Source of the DNA: an uncultured Oscillospiraceae bacterium
GTDB taxonomy: Bacteria; Bacillota; Clostridia; Oscillospirales; Oscillospiraceae
Assembly (NCBI GenBank): GCA_964544345.1
Contig: CAZJBT010000002.1
Span: 1-43,300, forward strand
Direction: 5' to 3'
DNA: 43,300 nt
Below the pieces are notes generated by a model. It did not search any database. It saw nothing but the letters and a program-made list of their open reading frames with translations, and was not told the DNA's origin. Positions 1 through 7,300 of the stretch are shown one piece after another. The position numbers and the translations under genes are program-made. Each line of letters starts with the position of its first letter. Position 1 is the stretch's first letter.

Positions 1-1
1 G

Positions 2-385
2 TTTATCATCAACTCCGCCTGCTAGTTTGCTGAGATCTACCGCGGCGGCATCCAAGGCGTTCCGAAGGGGCAGCAGGAGGCCGGATTGGTGCTCGGCATG
101 ACCCGGGGGCAGATCTTCTTCAAGGTCACGCTGCTGCAAATGGTCAAGCGTATCATTCCGCCGATGTCGAACGAGATCATCACGCTCGTCAAGGATACGT
201 CCATCGCCCGTATCATTTCGCTGCAGGAGGTCATCTGGGCCGGCTATTCGTTCATGAAAGGCTCCCACGGCTATTCCGGCCTGCTCTGGCCGCTGTTTTT
301 CACGGGCGTGTATTACCTGGCGTTCATAGGTCTGCTGACGCTGCTGTTCGGCTATATCGAACGCCGGCTCGGTTATTTCCAATAA
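2..385 (+). pseudogene. Polar amino-acid ABC transporter permease, C-terminal part. It runs off the 5' edge and has an in-frame TAG at 23-25.
   Basis: Frame 2 reads FIINSAC*FAEIYRGGIQGVPKGQQEAG...LVKDTSIARIIS, the conserved cytoplasmic-loop region of His/Glu/Gln/Arg-type permeases. The TAG sits where these permeases carry a conserved Tyr (N-x-x-A-Y-x-A-E). The cognate ATPase gene starts 13 nt downstream. The TTG at 86 in the ORF track is not a credible start. Confidence 0.55.
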
Positions 386-398
386 GGAGGCGCCGGTC

Positions 399-1178
399 AT
401 GTCTGTTCTGGAAGTACATAACATTGAAAAGCACTTCGGCGCGACCCGCGTGCTCGAGGATATCAGCTTTTCGCTCGAGCAGGGCGAGGCGCTCGCGATC
501 ATCGGTTCGTCCGGCTCGGGCAAGACGACGCTGCTGCGCTGCCTGAACTTTCTCGAGACTCCGGATCGGGGCACGATCTCGGTGAGCCGCTCCGTCATCT
601 TCGACGCCGCCGACCCCGCCGCGCAGTCCGAGCGCGAGGTGCGCAAAAAGCGGCTGCACTTCGGGCTGGTGTTCCAGTCGTTCAATCTGTTTCCGCAGTA
701 TACCGCGCTGGAAAATGTGACACTTGCGGGCAGGCTGCTCGCGAAGGAGCGCCCGGACTACAAGCAGAACAAGAAGGCGATCTTCCGGGAGATCGAGACG
801 CAGGGGCGCGAGCTGCTCGCGCAGATGGGTCTGGCCGACCGCGCCGGGCACTATCCGCATCAGCTCTCCGGCGGCCAGCAGCAGCGCGTCGCCATCGCCC
901 GTGCGTTGGCGCTCAAGCCGGATATCCTCTGCTTCGACGAGCCGACCAGCGCGCTCGATCCTGAGCTGACCGGCGAGGTGCTGCGCGTCATCCGGTCGCT
1001 CGCCGAGCAGAAAACCACAATGATCATCGTCACGCATGAGATGGCCTTCGCCCGCGACGTGGCCGATCAGGTCATCTTTATGGACGGCGGCGTCATCGCC
1101 GAGCAAGGCACCCCGGACGCCGTGTTCGGCCACCCGACGAACCCGAGACTGATCGAGTTCTTGGGCCGCGTCGTGTAG
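399..1178 (+). CDS. Polar amino-acid ABC transporter ATP-binding protein (GlnQ/ArtP-like)
   Basis: Walker [10 protein letters not shown], signature [15 protein letters not shown], Walker [14 protein letters not shown]-loop VTHEM. A TAAGGAGG RBS lies upstream of the ATG. Confidence 0.93.
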   Translation: MSVLEVHNIEKHFGATRVLEDISFSLEQGEALAIIGSSGSGKTTLLRCLNFLETPDRGTISVSRSVIFDAADPAAQSEREVRKKRLHFGLVFQSFNLFPQYTALENVTLAGRLLAKERPDYKQNKKAIFREIETQGRELLAQMGLADRAGHYPHQLSGGQQQRVAIARALALKPDILCFDEPTSALDPELTGEVLRVIRSLAEQKTTMIIVTHEMAFARDVADQVIFMDGGVIAEQGTPDAVFGHPTNPRLIEFLGRVV

Positions 1179-1224
1179 CTGCCGCCCGTCCGGCAGCGGA
1201 CAGCCGCCCCGCACCCTGCCATAG

Positions 1225-1261
1225 GCACAGCGCCGCCCGCCGGCTGCGCTGTGCATTTTTC
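1225..1261 (+). terminator. Intrinsic terminator after the amino-acid ABC genes
   Basis: 9-bp GC stem gcacagcgc / gcgctgtgc followed by a TTTTT run. Confidence 0.6.
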
Positions 1262-1302
1262 TGCGCAGATCGTTGCACATGCCGCGAAAAGCTGGTATAA
1301 TA

Positions 1303-1311
1303 CAAACAGTT
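1303..1311 (+). promoter_or_regulatory. Extended -10 promoter element TGgTATAAT
   Basis: TGGTATAAT lies about 75 nt upstream of the 1387 start. The same nonamer recurs at 3402 and 30398. Confidence 0.45.
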
Positions 1312-1386
1312 ACCGTGCTTATTATTTGCGCTGGAATGAAGTCCGGCGGCAATTGGCGCCGCGGCGCCGGAAAGGACGTGCTCTCA

Positions 1387-3375
1387 ATGGAACACCGCTA
1401 TTCGCATTTGCTCTCTCCCATCCGCGTCGGCAGCGTTTGGCTGCGCAACCGCATCTTCGGCACCTGCTGTCTGCCGCATTTCCTGCAGGGGCCGGAGACG
1501 TTCCCGTCCGAGTCTGTCATCGCCTTCGTCGAGGGGATCGCACGCGCCGGCGCTGCGCTCGTCACGATCCCCGACCGCTTCAACAACACCCGAAACATTC
1601 CGCTTGAGGACGTCTGCCGCGGCCCGTGCTGGGATCCGGCCGACCCGAGCGTCGACAATTATCTCGCGCAGATGATCGAGGCCGTCCACTTTCAGGGCGC
1701 GCGCATTTCGGTGCAGCTATCAAAATTCGCCTCGTTTCCGCCGGACGCGGGCGTGTACGACCACATCGACGACGGGAAGCACGCCATGATGCTCGATCTT
1801 GCCGAGGCCGACGAGTCCGCGCCGCCCAGCGGCCCGCCGCCGCGCCCGGTTCACGCGCTGACTGAGCCGGAGATGCAGGCCATCATCGACGAGGCAGTCG
1901 CGCGCTGCTCGTACTACAAGAGCGTCGGCTTTGACGGCGTCTGCCTGCACTATGCCTACAATTACAATCTGATCGGCAAATTCCTGTCGGCCAGTGCGAA
2001 CCAGCGCACGGATGGATACGGCGGCTCGATCGAAAACCGTGCGAAATTCCCGCTGCGCCTGGCTCGTGCGGTGCGCGATGCCGTCGGAGACGATCTGCTC
2101 ATCGAGCTGCAGATCTCCGGCGACTGCATGAGCGAAGACGAGCTGGTTCGCTTCGCCAAGCTCTGCGAGGGCACGGCCGACCTGCTCCAGATCCGCATCG
2201 AGGACATGGACGCTTCGCATATGACGGCGTACAACTACGACGGTGTGAGCGTCCCGCCGGCGGCGCATTATGCGGAGCTTATCAAGCGCTCCGGCGCTGC
2301 GATCGCAGTCGCGCCGAACGGCGGCTTCCACGACCCGGATGGGAACGAGCGGCTCATCGCCGAGGGTCGAACCGATGCGATCGCCATGGCGCGCCCGCTG
2401 ATCGCCGACCCGCAGTATCTTGACAAGCTCGTGGACGAGCGCCCGGGCGACATCACGCCGTGCCTGCACTGCAACCGCTGCCACACCCATGTCAAGGGGC
2501 AGTTTTTGTGTGCATGCGCAGTCAACCCCTATGTCGGCATCGCGCACCGCGCCGCCCGCATGGTACCGAAGCCGGGCGCACCGCAGCATGTCGCCGTCGT
2601 CGGCGGCGGCCCGGCGGGCATGCGCGCGGCACTGCTGTGCGCCGACCGCGGCCATACGGTCACACTCTTTGAGCGCGAGAGCACGCTCGGCGGCCAGCTC
2701 CGCCACGCGGACTACCCGCAGTTCAAATGGGCTGTGCGCCGGTATAAGGACTATCTCATCCGACAGGTGACGGAGAATCCGGCTGTCACGGTCTGCCTGA
2801 ACACGGACGCGACGCCGGAATCGGTGGAGGCAATGGGCTTTGACGCGGTCATCACCGCGCTCGGCGCCAAGCCAAAGCTGCCGCCCGTCCCCGGCGTGGA
2901 CACCGCAGGGGTCTGGACGCCGATCGGCGTCTACGGCCATGAGGCCGAGCTGGGACGGCGCGTCGTGGTCGTCGGCGGGTCGGAGACGGGAACGGAGACG
3001 GCGCTCTACCTTGCCGAGTGCGGCCATGAGGTCACCGTTGTCACGCGTCAAAACGTGCTTGCGCCCGAGGCGTGGTGCGTCCATGCCTACGCGCTGCTCC
3101 ACCGCCGCTGTAAGGCGTGCAAAAACCTTACGCCGGTCTTTCGCGCCGAGACGCTCGCGCTCGCGCCCGGCCGCGTCACCATCCGTACGCCGGAGGGCGA
3201 GCGGACGATAGCGTGCGATTCCATTGTCGCCTGCGGCGGCGTAGAGGGTCTGACGGACGAGGCCGCGGCCTTTTCCGGCGCAGCGCGCCGCGTCATCCAT
3301 ATCGGCGACAGCCTCATGCCGGGGAACATCCGCTCGACGTCGCGCATGGCGCTCGCCGCAGCGGCAAAGCTGTAA
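1387..3375 (+). CDS. 2,4-dienoyl-CoA-reductase / Old-Yellow-Enzyme-like flavoprotein (FMN barrel + 4Fe-4S + FAD/NAD domains), divergent paralogue 1
   Basis: Contains RTDGYGGSIENR in the barrel, the CLHCNRCH...C cysteine cluster, and Rossmann motifs VVGGGPAGM and VVGGSETG. The start is set at ATG 1387 (GGAAAGGA RBS) because the family-typical N-terminus HLLSPIRVG..RNRI begins there. Confidence 0.85.
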   Translation: MEHRYSHLLSPIRVGSVWLRNRIFGTCCLPHFLQGPETFPSESVIAFVEGIARAGAALVTIPDRFNNTRNIPLEDVCRGPCWDPADPSVDNYLAQMIEAVHFQGARISVQLSKFASFPPDAGVYDHIDDGKHAMMLDLAEADESAPPSGPPPRPVHALTEPEMQAIIDEAVARCSYYKSVGFDGVCLHYAYNYNLIGKFLSASANQRTDGYGGSIENRAKFPLRLARAVRDAVGDDLLIELQISGDCMSEDELVRFAKLCEGTADLLQIRIEDMDASHMTAYNYDGVSVPPAAHYAELIKRSGAAIAVAPNGGFHDPDGNERLIAEGRTDAIAMARPLIADPQYLDKLVDERPGDITPCLHCNRCHTHVKGQFLCACAVNPYVGIAHRAARMVPKPGAPQHVAVVGGGPAGMRAALLCADRGHTVTLFERESTLGGQLRHADYPQFKWAVRRYKDYLIRQVTENPAVTVCLNTDATPESVEAMGFDAVITALGAKPKLPPVPGVDTAGVWTPIGVYGHEAELGRRVVVVGGSETGTETALYLAECGHEVTVVTRQNVLAPEAWCVHAYALLHRRCKACKNLTPVFRAETLALAPGRVTIRTPEGERTIACDSIVACGGVEGLTDEAAAFSGAARRVIHIGDSLMPGNIRSTSRMALAAAAKL

Positions 3376-3402
3376 TTCTACTTTTCTCCGAACCGGATCC
3401 GT

Positions 3403-3527
3403 GGTATAATAGCTACGTCGGCGCATGTCGGCGCATTGCGCCGACGCGCTAAGAATTAAAAATCCCGGCCATGCGCGCAGAGCGCGCATATGGCCGATAT
3501 CCAATGGCCTTCGGTCATGGGATATCG
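3403..3527. repeat. Mosaic intergenic hairpin element, copy A
   Basis: The half-site ggtataatagcta is followed by hairpin 3421-3449 (gcgcatgtcggcgc att gcgccgacgcgc), the linker aagaattaaaaatcc, hairpin 3466-3496 (cggccatgcgcgc...gcgcatatggccg) and an imperfect hairpin at 3496-3526. About 75 bp is near-identical to 31602-31676. Confidence 0.8.
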
Positions 3528-3570
3528 CGCAAAGAAAGATACCAGGTTTTCGGAGGAGGAGCCATAAGCC

Positions 3571-4875
3571 ATGACGCCAGACGAATTGAAGGAGCTTTAC
3601 CGCTCTAAGTTTATCTCGCTCGAGCAGGCGCTGGACACGGTGCGCTCCGGCGACGTCATCGCCACGGGCAGCTACGGCAACGAGCCGGTCACGCTGCTGC
3701 GCAATCTGCACAAGGTCGCCGCGCGCGGGGTGGATGACCTGACGGTCTGGATGGGCATTCCCGCCGAGGAATACCCGTTCGTCTCGGACGACAGCCTGAC
3801 CGGCATCCATATTTTGAGCACATTTTACGGCCCGGCGCTGCGCAAGCACCACGCATCCGGACGCATCTCGTTTGTGCCGAACCATCTGCACGCGGTCTCC
3901 GGCGTCATCCAGAACTGCCGCAAGCCGAACGTGTTCTTTGCGGCCGTCACGCCGATGGATCAGTACGGCTGCGTCTGCATGTCGATGAGCCAGCAGATGG
4001 AGCTGGAGATGCTCGACCTGTGCGACACCGTGATCCTGGAGGTCAACGACAAGCTCCCGCGCACGCTCGGCACCATCCGTGTGCCGGTCGAGAAGGTCGA
4101 CTATTTCATCCGCTCCGACGCGGAGATCTCCCACGCTCCGCTCGAGGAGCCGGACGAGGTGACGGTGCGCATCGCGGAGAATGTTGCCGCGCTTATCGCA
4201 GACGGCGATACGATCCAGCTCGGCATCGGCACGCTGCCCGACGCTGTGGCGGAAAAGCTGACCGACCGCCGCGACCTGGGCATCTACACCGAAATGATCG
4301 GCACCTCGATGGGCAAGCTGATGTGGTGCGGCGCGGTCAACAACTCGCGCAAGCGCTTCTATCAGGGCCGCACGATCGGCGCCTTCGCCTGGGGCAGTCA
4401 GGATCTGTACAACTTCCTCGACGGCAATCCGATGGTCGAGCTGCTCCCGGCCAACTATGTCAACAATCCGTTTAATATCATGAAAAACGACAATATGGTG
4501 TCGGTCAATACGGCGCTGCAGATCGACCTGACGGGTCAGGTCTGCTCGGAGTTCATCGGCGGCCGGCAGTATTCCGGCACCGGCGGCGCGACGGACTTTG
4601 CCTACGGCGCATACCATGCGAAGGGCGGAAAGGGGATCATCGCCATGCGCTCGACGGCCAAGGGCGGCACGGTGTCGCGGATCGTGCCGTATCTCGCGCG
4701 CGGCGCAGTCGTGTCGATCCAGCGCAATATCGTCGACTATATCGTGACCGAGTATGGCGTCGCGCATATCCGTGACGGATCCATCCGCCAGCGGGTCGAG
4801 GGTCTGATCTCTATTGCACACCCGGATTTCCGCGGCGAGCTGCGTGCCGCCGCCCGGGAAAACGAGATCTGGTAA
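3571..4875 (+). CDS. Acetyl-CoA hydrolase/transferase family protein (family-I CoA-transferase, 4-hydroxybutyrate/butyryl-CoA:acetate CoA-transferase-like)
   Basis: Length is about 430 aa. It has a TEMIG block with a candidate catalytic Glu, a GTGGATDF (GxGGxxD) motif and the C-terminal block IVTEYGVA.IRD. A GGAGGAGGA RBS lies upstream. Confidence 0.85.
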   Translation: MTPDELKELYRSKFISLEQALDTVRSGDVIATGSYGNEPVTLLRNLHKVAARGVDDLTVWMGIPAEEYPFVSDDSLTGIHILSTFYGPALRKHHASGRISFVPNHLHAVSGVIQNCRKPNVFFAAVTPMDQYGCVCMSMSQQMELEMLDLCDTVILEVNDKLPRTLGTIRVPVEKVDYFIRSDAEISHAPLEEPDEVTVRIAENVAALIADGDTIQLGIGTLPDAVAEKLTDRRDLGIYTEMIGTSMGKLMWCGAVNNSRKRFYQGRTIGAFAWGSQDLYNFLDGNPMVELLPANYVNNPFNIMKNDNMVSVNTALQIDLTGQVCSEFIGGRQYSGTGGATDFAYGAYHAKGGKGIIAMRSTAKGGTVSRIVPYLARGAVVSIQRNIVDYIVTEYGVAHIRDGSIRQRVEGLISIAHPDFRGELRAAARENEIW

Positions 4876-4940
4876 CACAGGCGCTGCTGAGCCTTGCGGA
4901 CGGAGCAGGCGGCGGAACAGAGAGAAAGAGGTGCGAGCCA

Positions 4941-5378
4941 ATGGCGGATGAGCTGCGGGAGGTTGAATTTGACAATCTGAAGGATCCGTATTGTCATATG
5001 ATGCGGCTGCTGTTCACCCGTTGGAAGCCATTCCTCCTGCGGGCGATCTACTATGACGAGGTCAGCTCGTTTTCCGACTTTGCCAAGCGGTTGCCGATCA
5101 CACAGAAGGTGCTTTCGCAGAATCTGCGCGCGTTGGAGGGCGATGGCCTGATCAGCCGCACGGTGCTGCCCGAGATCCCGCCAAAGGTCGAATACCGCCT
5201 GACGGACAGGGGACGCTCCCTGATGCCGCTGCTCGATATGGTCTACGACTGGGGCTGGCACGATATGCAGGAGAAGGGGTTGCCGATCGATAGCCTGGGC
5301 GAAATGTGGCACGGCTACCGCGAGCGGGATCCGGATCGCATGCAAGCGCCGTATAAAAAGAAAAAATGCGGATACTGA
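4941..5378 (+). CDS. HxlR-family winged-helix transcriptional regulator
   Basis: Typical HxlR core: W.P..LR......F..F......I....LS..L..LE.DGLI.R......PP.VEY.LT..G..L. Confidence 0.85.
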   Translation: MADELREVEFDNLKDPYCHMMRLLFTRWKPFLLRAIYYDEVSSFSDFAKRLPITQKVLSQNLRALEGDGLISRTVLPEIPPKVEYRLTDRGRSLMPLLDMVYDWGWHDMQEKGLPIDSLGEMWHGYRERDPDRMQAPYKKKKCGY

Positions 5379-5385
5379 TTCGCGG

Positions 5386-5419
5386 AAAGGCCGCCTCATG
5401 CAAATGAGGCGGCCTTTTG
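5386..5419 (+). terminator. Intrinsic terminator after the CoA-transferase/HxlR pair
   Basis: aaaggccgcctcat / atgaggcggccttt stem followed by TTTT. Confidence 0.8.
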
Positions 5420-5477
5420 ATCTGTGATCCGGGAGAAAACAGGTTACTTTGAGGAAATAGCCTTACTTTATAGTATA

Positions 5478-5507
5478 TTGTTTACAAAATCGGTGGATTG
5501 TTATATT
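5478..5507 (+). promoter_or_regulatory. Candidate sigma-A promoter (TTGTTT-18-TGtTATATT) in an AT-rich island
   Basis: Extended -10 TGTTATATT at 5499-5507 and a -35-like TTGTTT/TTTACA at 5478-5486. It sits about 235 nt upstream of the 5744 start. Confidence 0.4.
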
Positions 5508-5743
5508 CTAAAGATGTCAAAGCACACAAGATGTACCTGTGTTACATAACTGTGTCTTGGTTTTGCGGTGTACTGCTTGCGGTTGGGAAGGTCTGCCGGC
5601 CGATCCCTTCCGCCGCGGCCAATGCCCGAAAGGCCGCTGTTTGCCGTTGCTTCTCCGAATGAAACAACGCAATGATATGCCCCGGGCGTTTTTTGCGCGG
5701 CGTTTGGCCTTGCAAACGCGCTCGGTATAGAAGGAGGAAAAAC

Positions 5744-7246
5744 ATGAAGGAATTGAACTATGATATCGTCGTGCTCGGCGGCGGCGGCGCGGGGCTTGTC
5801 GCGGCGGCGCGCGTCCGGGAGCTGACCGGCAAGCGTGTGCTGGTGCTGGAAAAGGCCAAAACGACCGGCGGCGGTATGCAGTTCGCGCGCACAATGCGCG
5901 TGTTCGGCAGCCGCTGGCAAAAAGAGCGCGGGCTGGAGGACAAAACCGCCGAATTCATGCGCGGCGTGATGGATCTGACGCTCTGGCGCGTCGACCCGGC
6001 GCTTGCGCGCGCGGCCATCGAGGGCACAGGACAGTTTTTCGATTGGCTGTGCGCCGCCGAGCCGGGCGTCGGCGACCGGTTCGAGGTGGGCTGCTACATC
6101 TTCGACATGCCGGACGGCCAGAAAGGCCCGGCGCTGGAGGGCACCGGCCCGGGCACGGGCGCAGGCCGCCTCATTATGGACGTGATGAAGAGAAAATGCG
6201 AAGAGCTTGGCGTTGATCTTTTGACCGAAACGCCGTTTTACGACGTCGAGCTTTCCGACGGCCGTCTGGCGGCGGTGCTGGCGAAGCGGGACGGCGAGGA
6301 GCTGCGCATCCATTGCCGCCAGCTCGTCATTGCCTCGGGAAGCTGGGTCTGCAATCCGGAGCTGGTAAAGCGGCTCATGCCGCGCTTCGCGGACGCGGAG
6401 CTGCGCCCGAGCGCGCATACGAACCCGGCCTACACCGGCGACGGACTGGCCATTTCGCAGAAGCTCGGCGCGCCGCTCGACGAGGCGGGCTGCTGCATCC
6501 GCCTGATGGGGCCGATGCTCGAGAGCAAGAGCCAGGTGCTGAACGCCGCCTGCGGGTCGGAGTTTGCCATCGGCGTGAATTTGCTTGGCCGCCGCTTCAC
6601 GTCGGAGCCGATGGTGCCGCGCATGGACTTTTTCGATACGGGTCATGTGCTCGCCGACCAGCCCAAGACCCGCACGTTCTGGGTCATCGATCGCGCCGGC
6701 CTGCGCGCCGCCGTGGAGAAGGCGCGGAGCCTGCCCCCCGCGGGCGTCGGCCCGATGCCGCCCGTTCGCTATCCGGACTCCTGGGAGGAGATCGACCGCG
6801 AGATCGACGCCGCCATCGACGGCGAGAACGCCTTCCGCGCCGACACGCCTGCAGAACTGGCGCGCCAGATGGGCGTGGACGAGGTGCGCTTCGTCAAAAC
6901 GGTCGCCGATTACAATGCATTCTGCAGCACCGGCATGGACTGGGATGGCTATAAGGACAGGTCGGCTCTCGTTCCGATGAGCGGCCCGTACTACGCGGTG
7001 CGCGGCTGGCTCGCCACCGACGGCGCGTTCGGCGGCATCCGCGTCAACGAGAAGATGCAGGCGCTGGACGCGGCCGGTGCGCCGATCCCCGGCGTCTGGG
7101 CGGCTGGCGATATCACCGGCTCGCGCCACATCGTGGCCGCGGGCGTAAAGCGCCAGATTCTCAATGATATGTCGTGGGCGTTCTCGAGTGGCTTTCTCGC
7201 GGCGGAGCGCATCGCGGAGACGCTCGCTGCGGAAAACGGCCGGTGA
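5744..7246 (+). CDS. Soluble FAD-dependent oxidoreductase, fumarate-reductase/3-ketosteroid-dehydrogenase (FAD_binding_2) family
   Basis: N-terminal dinucleotide fold DIVVLGGGGAGLVAA...VLEK...GG and C-terminal IPGVWAAGD block. A strong GAAGGAGG RBS precedes ATG 5744. The 5672 extension is basic junk. Confidence 0.85.
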   Translation: MKELNYDIVVLGGGGAGLVAAARVRELTGKRVLVLEKAKTTGGGMQFARTMRVFGSRWQKERGLEDKTAEFMRGVMDLTLWRVDPALARAAIEGTGQFFDWLCAAEPGVGDRFEVGCYIFDMPDGQKGPALEGTGPGTGAGRLIMDVMKRKCEELGVDLLTETPFYDVELSDGRLAAVLAKRDGEELRIHCRQLVIASGSWVCNPELVKRLMPRFADAELRPSAHTNPAYTGDGLAISQKLGAPLDEAGCCIRLMGPMLESKSQVLNAACGSEFAIGVNLLGRRFTSEPMVPRMDFFDTGHVLADQPKTRTFWVIDRAGLRAAVEKARSLPPAGVGPMPPVRYPDSWEEIDREIDAAIDGENAFRADTPAELARQMGVDEVRFVKTVADYNAFCSTGMDWDGYKDRSALVPMSGPYYAVRGWLATDGAFGGIRVNEKMQALDAAGAPIPGVWAAGDITGSRHIVAAGVKRQILNDMSWAFSSGFLAAERIAETLAAENGR

Positions 7247-7300
7247 GCATTTGGCGGACGCCGTCCGCCGTGCCGCCCGGAGGGAAAAGGAGAGCTTTTT

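Noticed and set aside
23-25. TAG decoded as pyrrolysine or another recoding event in the permease gene
   Set aside because: The position corresponds to a conserved Tyr, one base away from TAG. Nothing in the window suggests pyl genes. A nonsense mutation or a sequencing error is far more parsimonious.
1273-1386. N-terminal extensions offered by the ORF track. Affected ORFs: 1273, 5672, 8785, 10383, 12572, 14792, 16520, 18719, 19579, 28536, 30496, 33288, 35326, 38460, 40553 and 42435.
   Set aside because: In each case the family-conserved N-terminus begins at an internal start codon preceded by a GGAGG-like RBS. The extension is basic, non-homologous sequence, often overlapping promoters or terminators.
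3403-3527. Repeated hairpin modules considered as a CRISPR array or as a MITE with a transposase partner
   Set aside because: The copies are tens of kilobases apart, not regularly spaced with unique spacers. No cas or transposase genes or target-site duplications are visible. They are described as a mosaic REP/BIME-like family instead.
1387-4875. Possibility that the DCR-type reductases plus the CoA-transferase form a bile-acid 7-alpha-dehydroxylation (bai) operon
   Set aside because: No BaiB ligase, BaiE or BaiI dehydratase-like genes, BaiA dehydrogenase or type-III (BaiF/BaiK) CoA-transferase are present. The CoA-transferase here belongs to family I, and the surrounding genes point to polyphenol metabolism.
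1720-4941. 1073-aa ORF on the minus strand spanning the ene-reductase and CoA-transferase genes
   Set aside because: It is antisense to two genes with clear family motifs. Its translation is Arg/Ala/Gly/Asp-rich low-complexity sequence with no recognisable domain and no RBS. This is a typical stop-poor shadow frame in GC-rich DNA.
5539-5730. 63-aa plus-strand ORF in the long leader upstream of the 5744 flavoprotein gene
   Set aside because: It has no RBS, is Cys/Arg-rich with odd composition, and ends inside the RBS region of the real gene. The region is treated as non-coding leader instead.
7247-7300. Small GC hairpin ggcggac gcc gtccgcc between the two tandem flavoprotein genes, considered as a terminator
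   Set aside because: It has a 3-nt loop and no T-run, and it sits immediately before the RBS of the next gene. It is more likely an intercistronic stability element or has no function.
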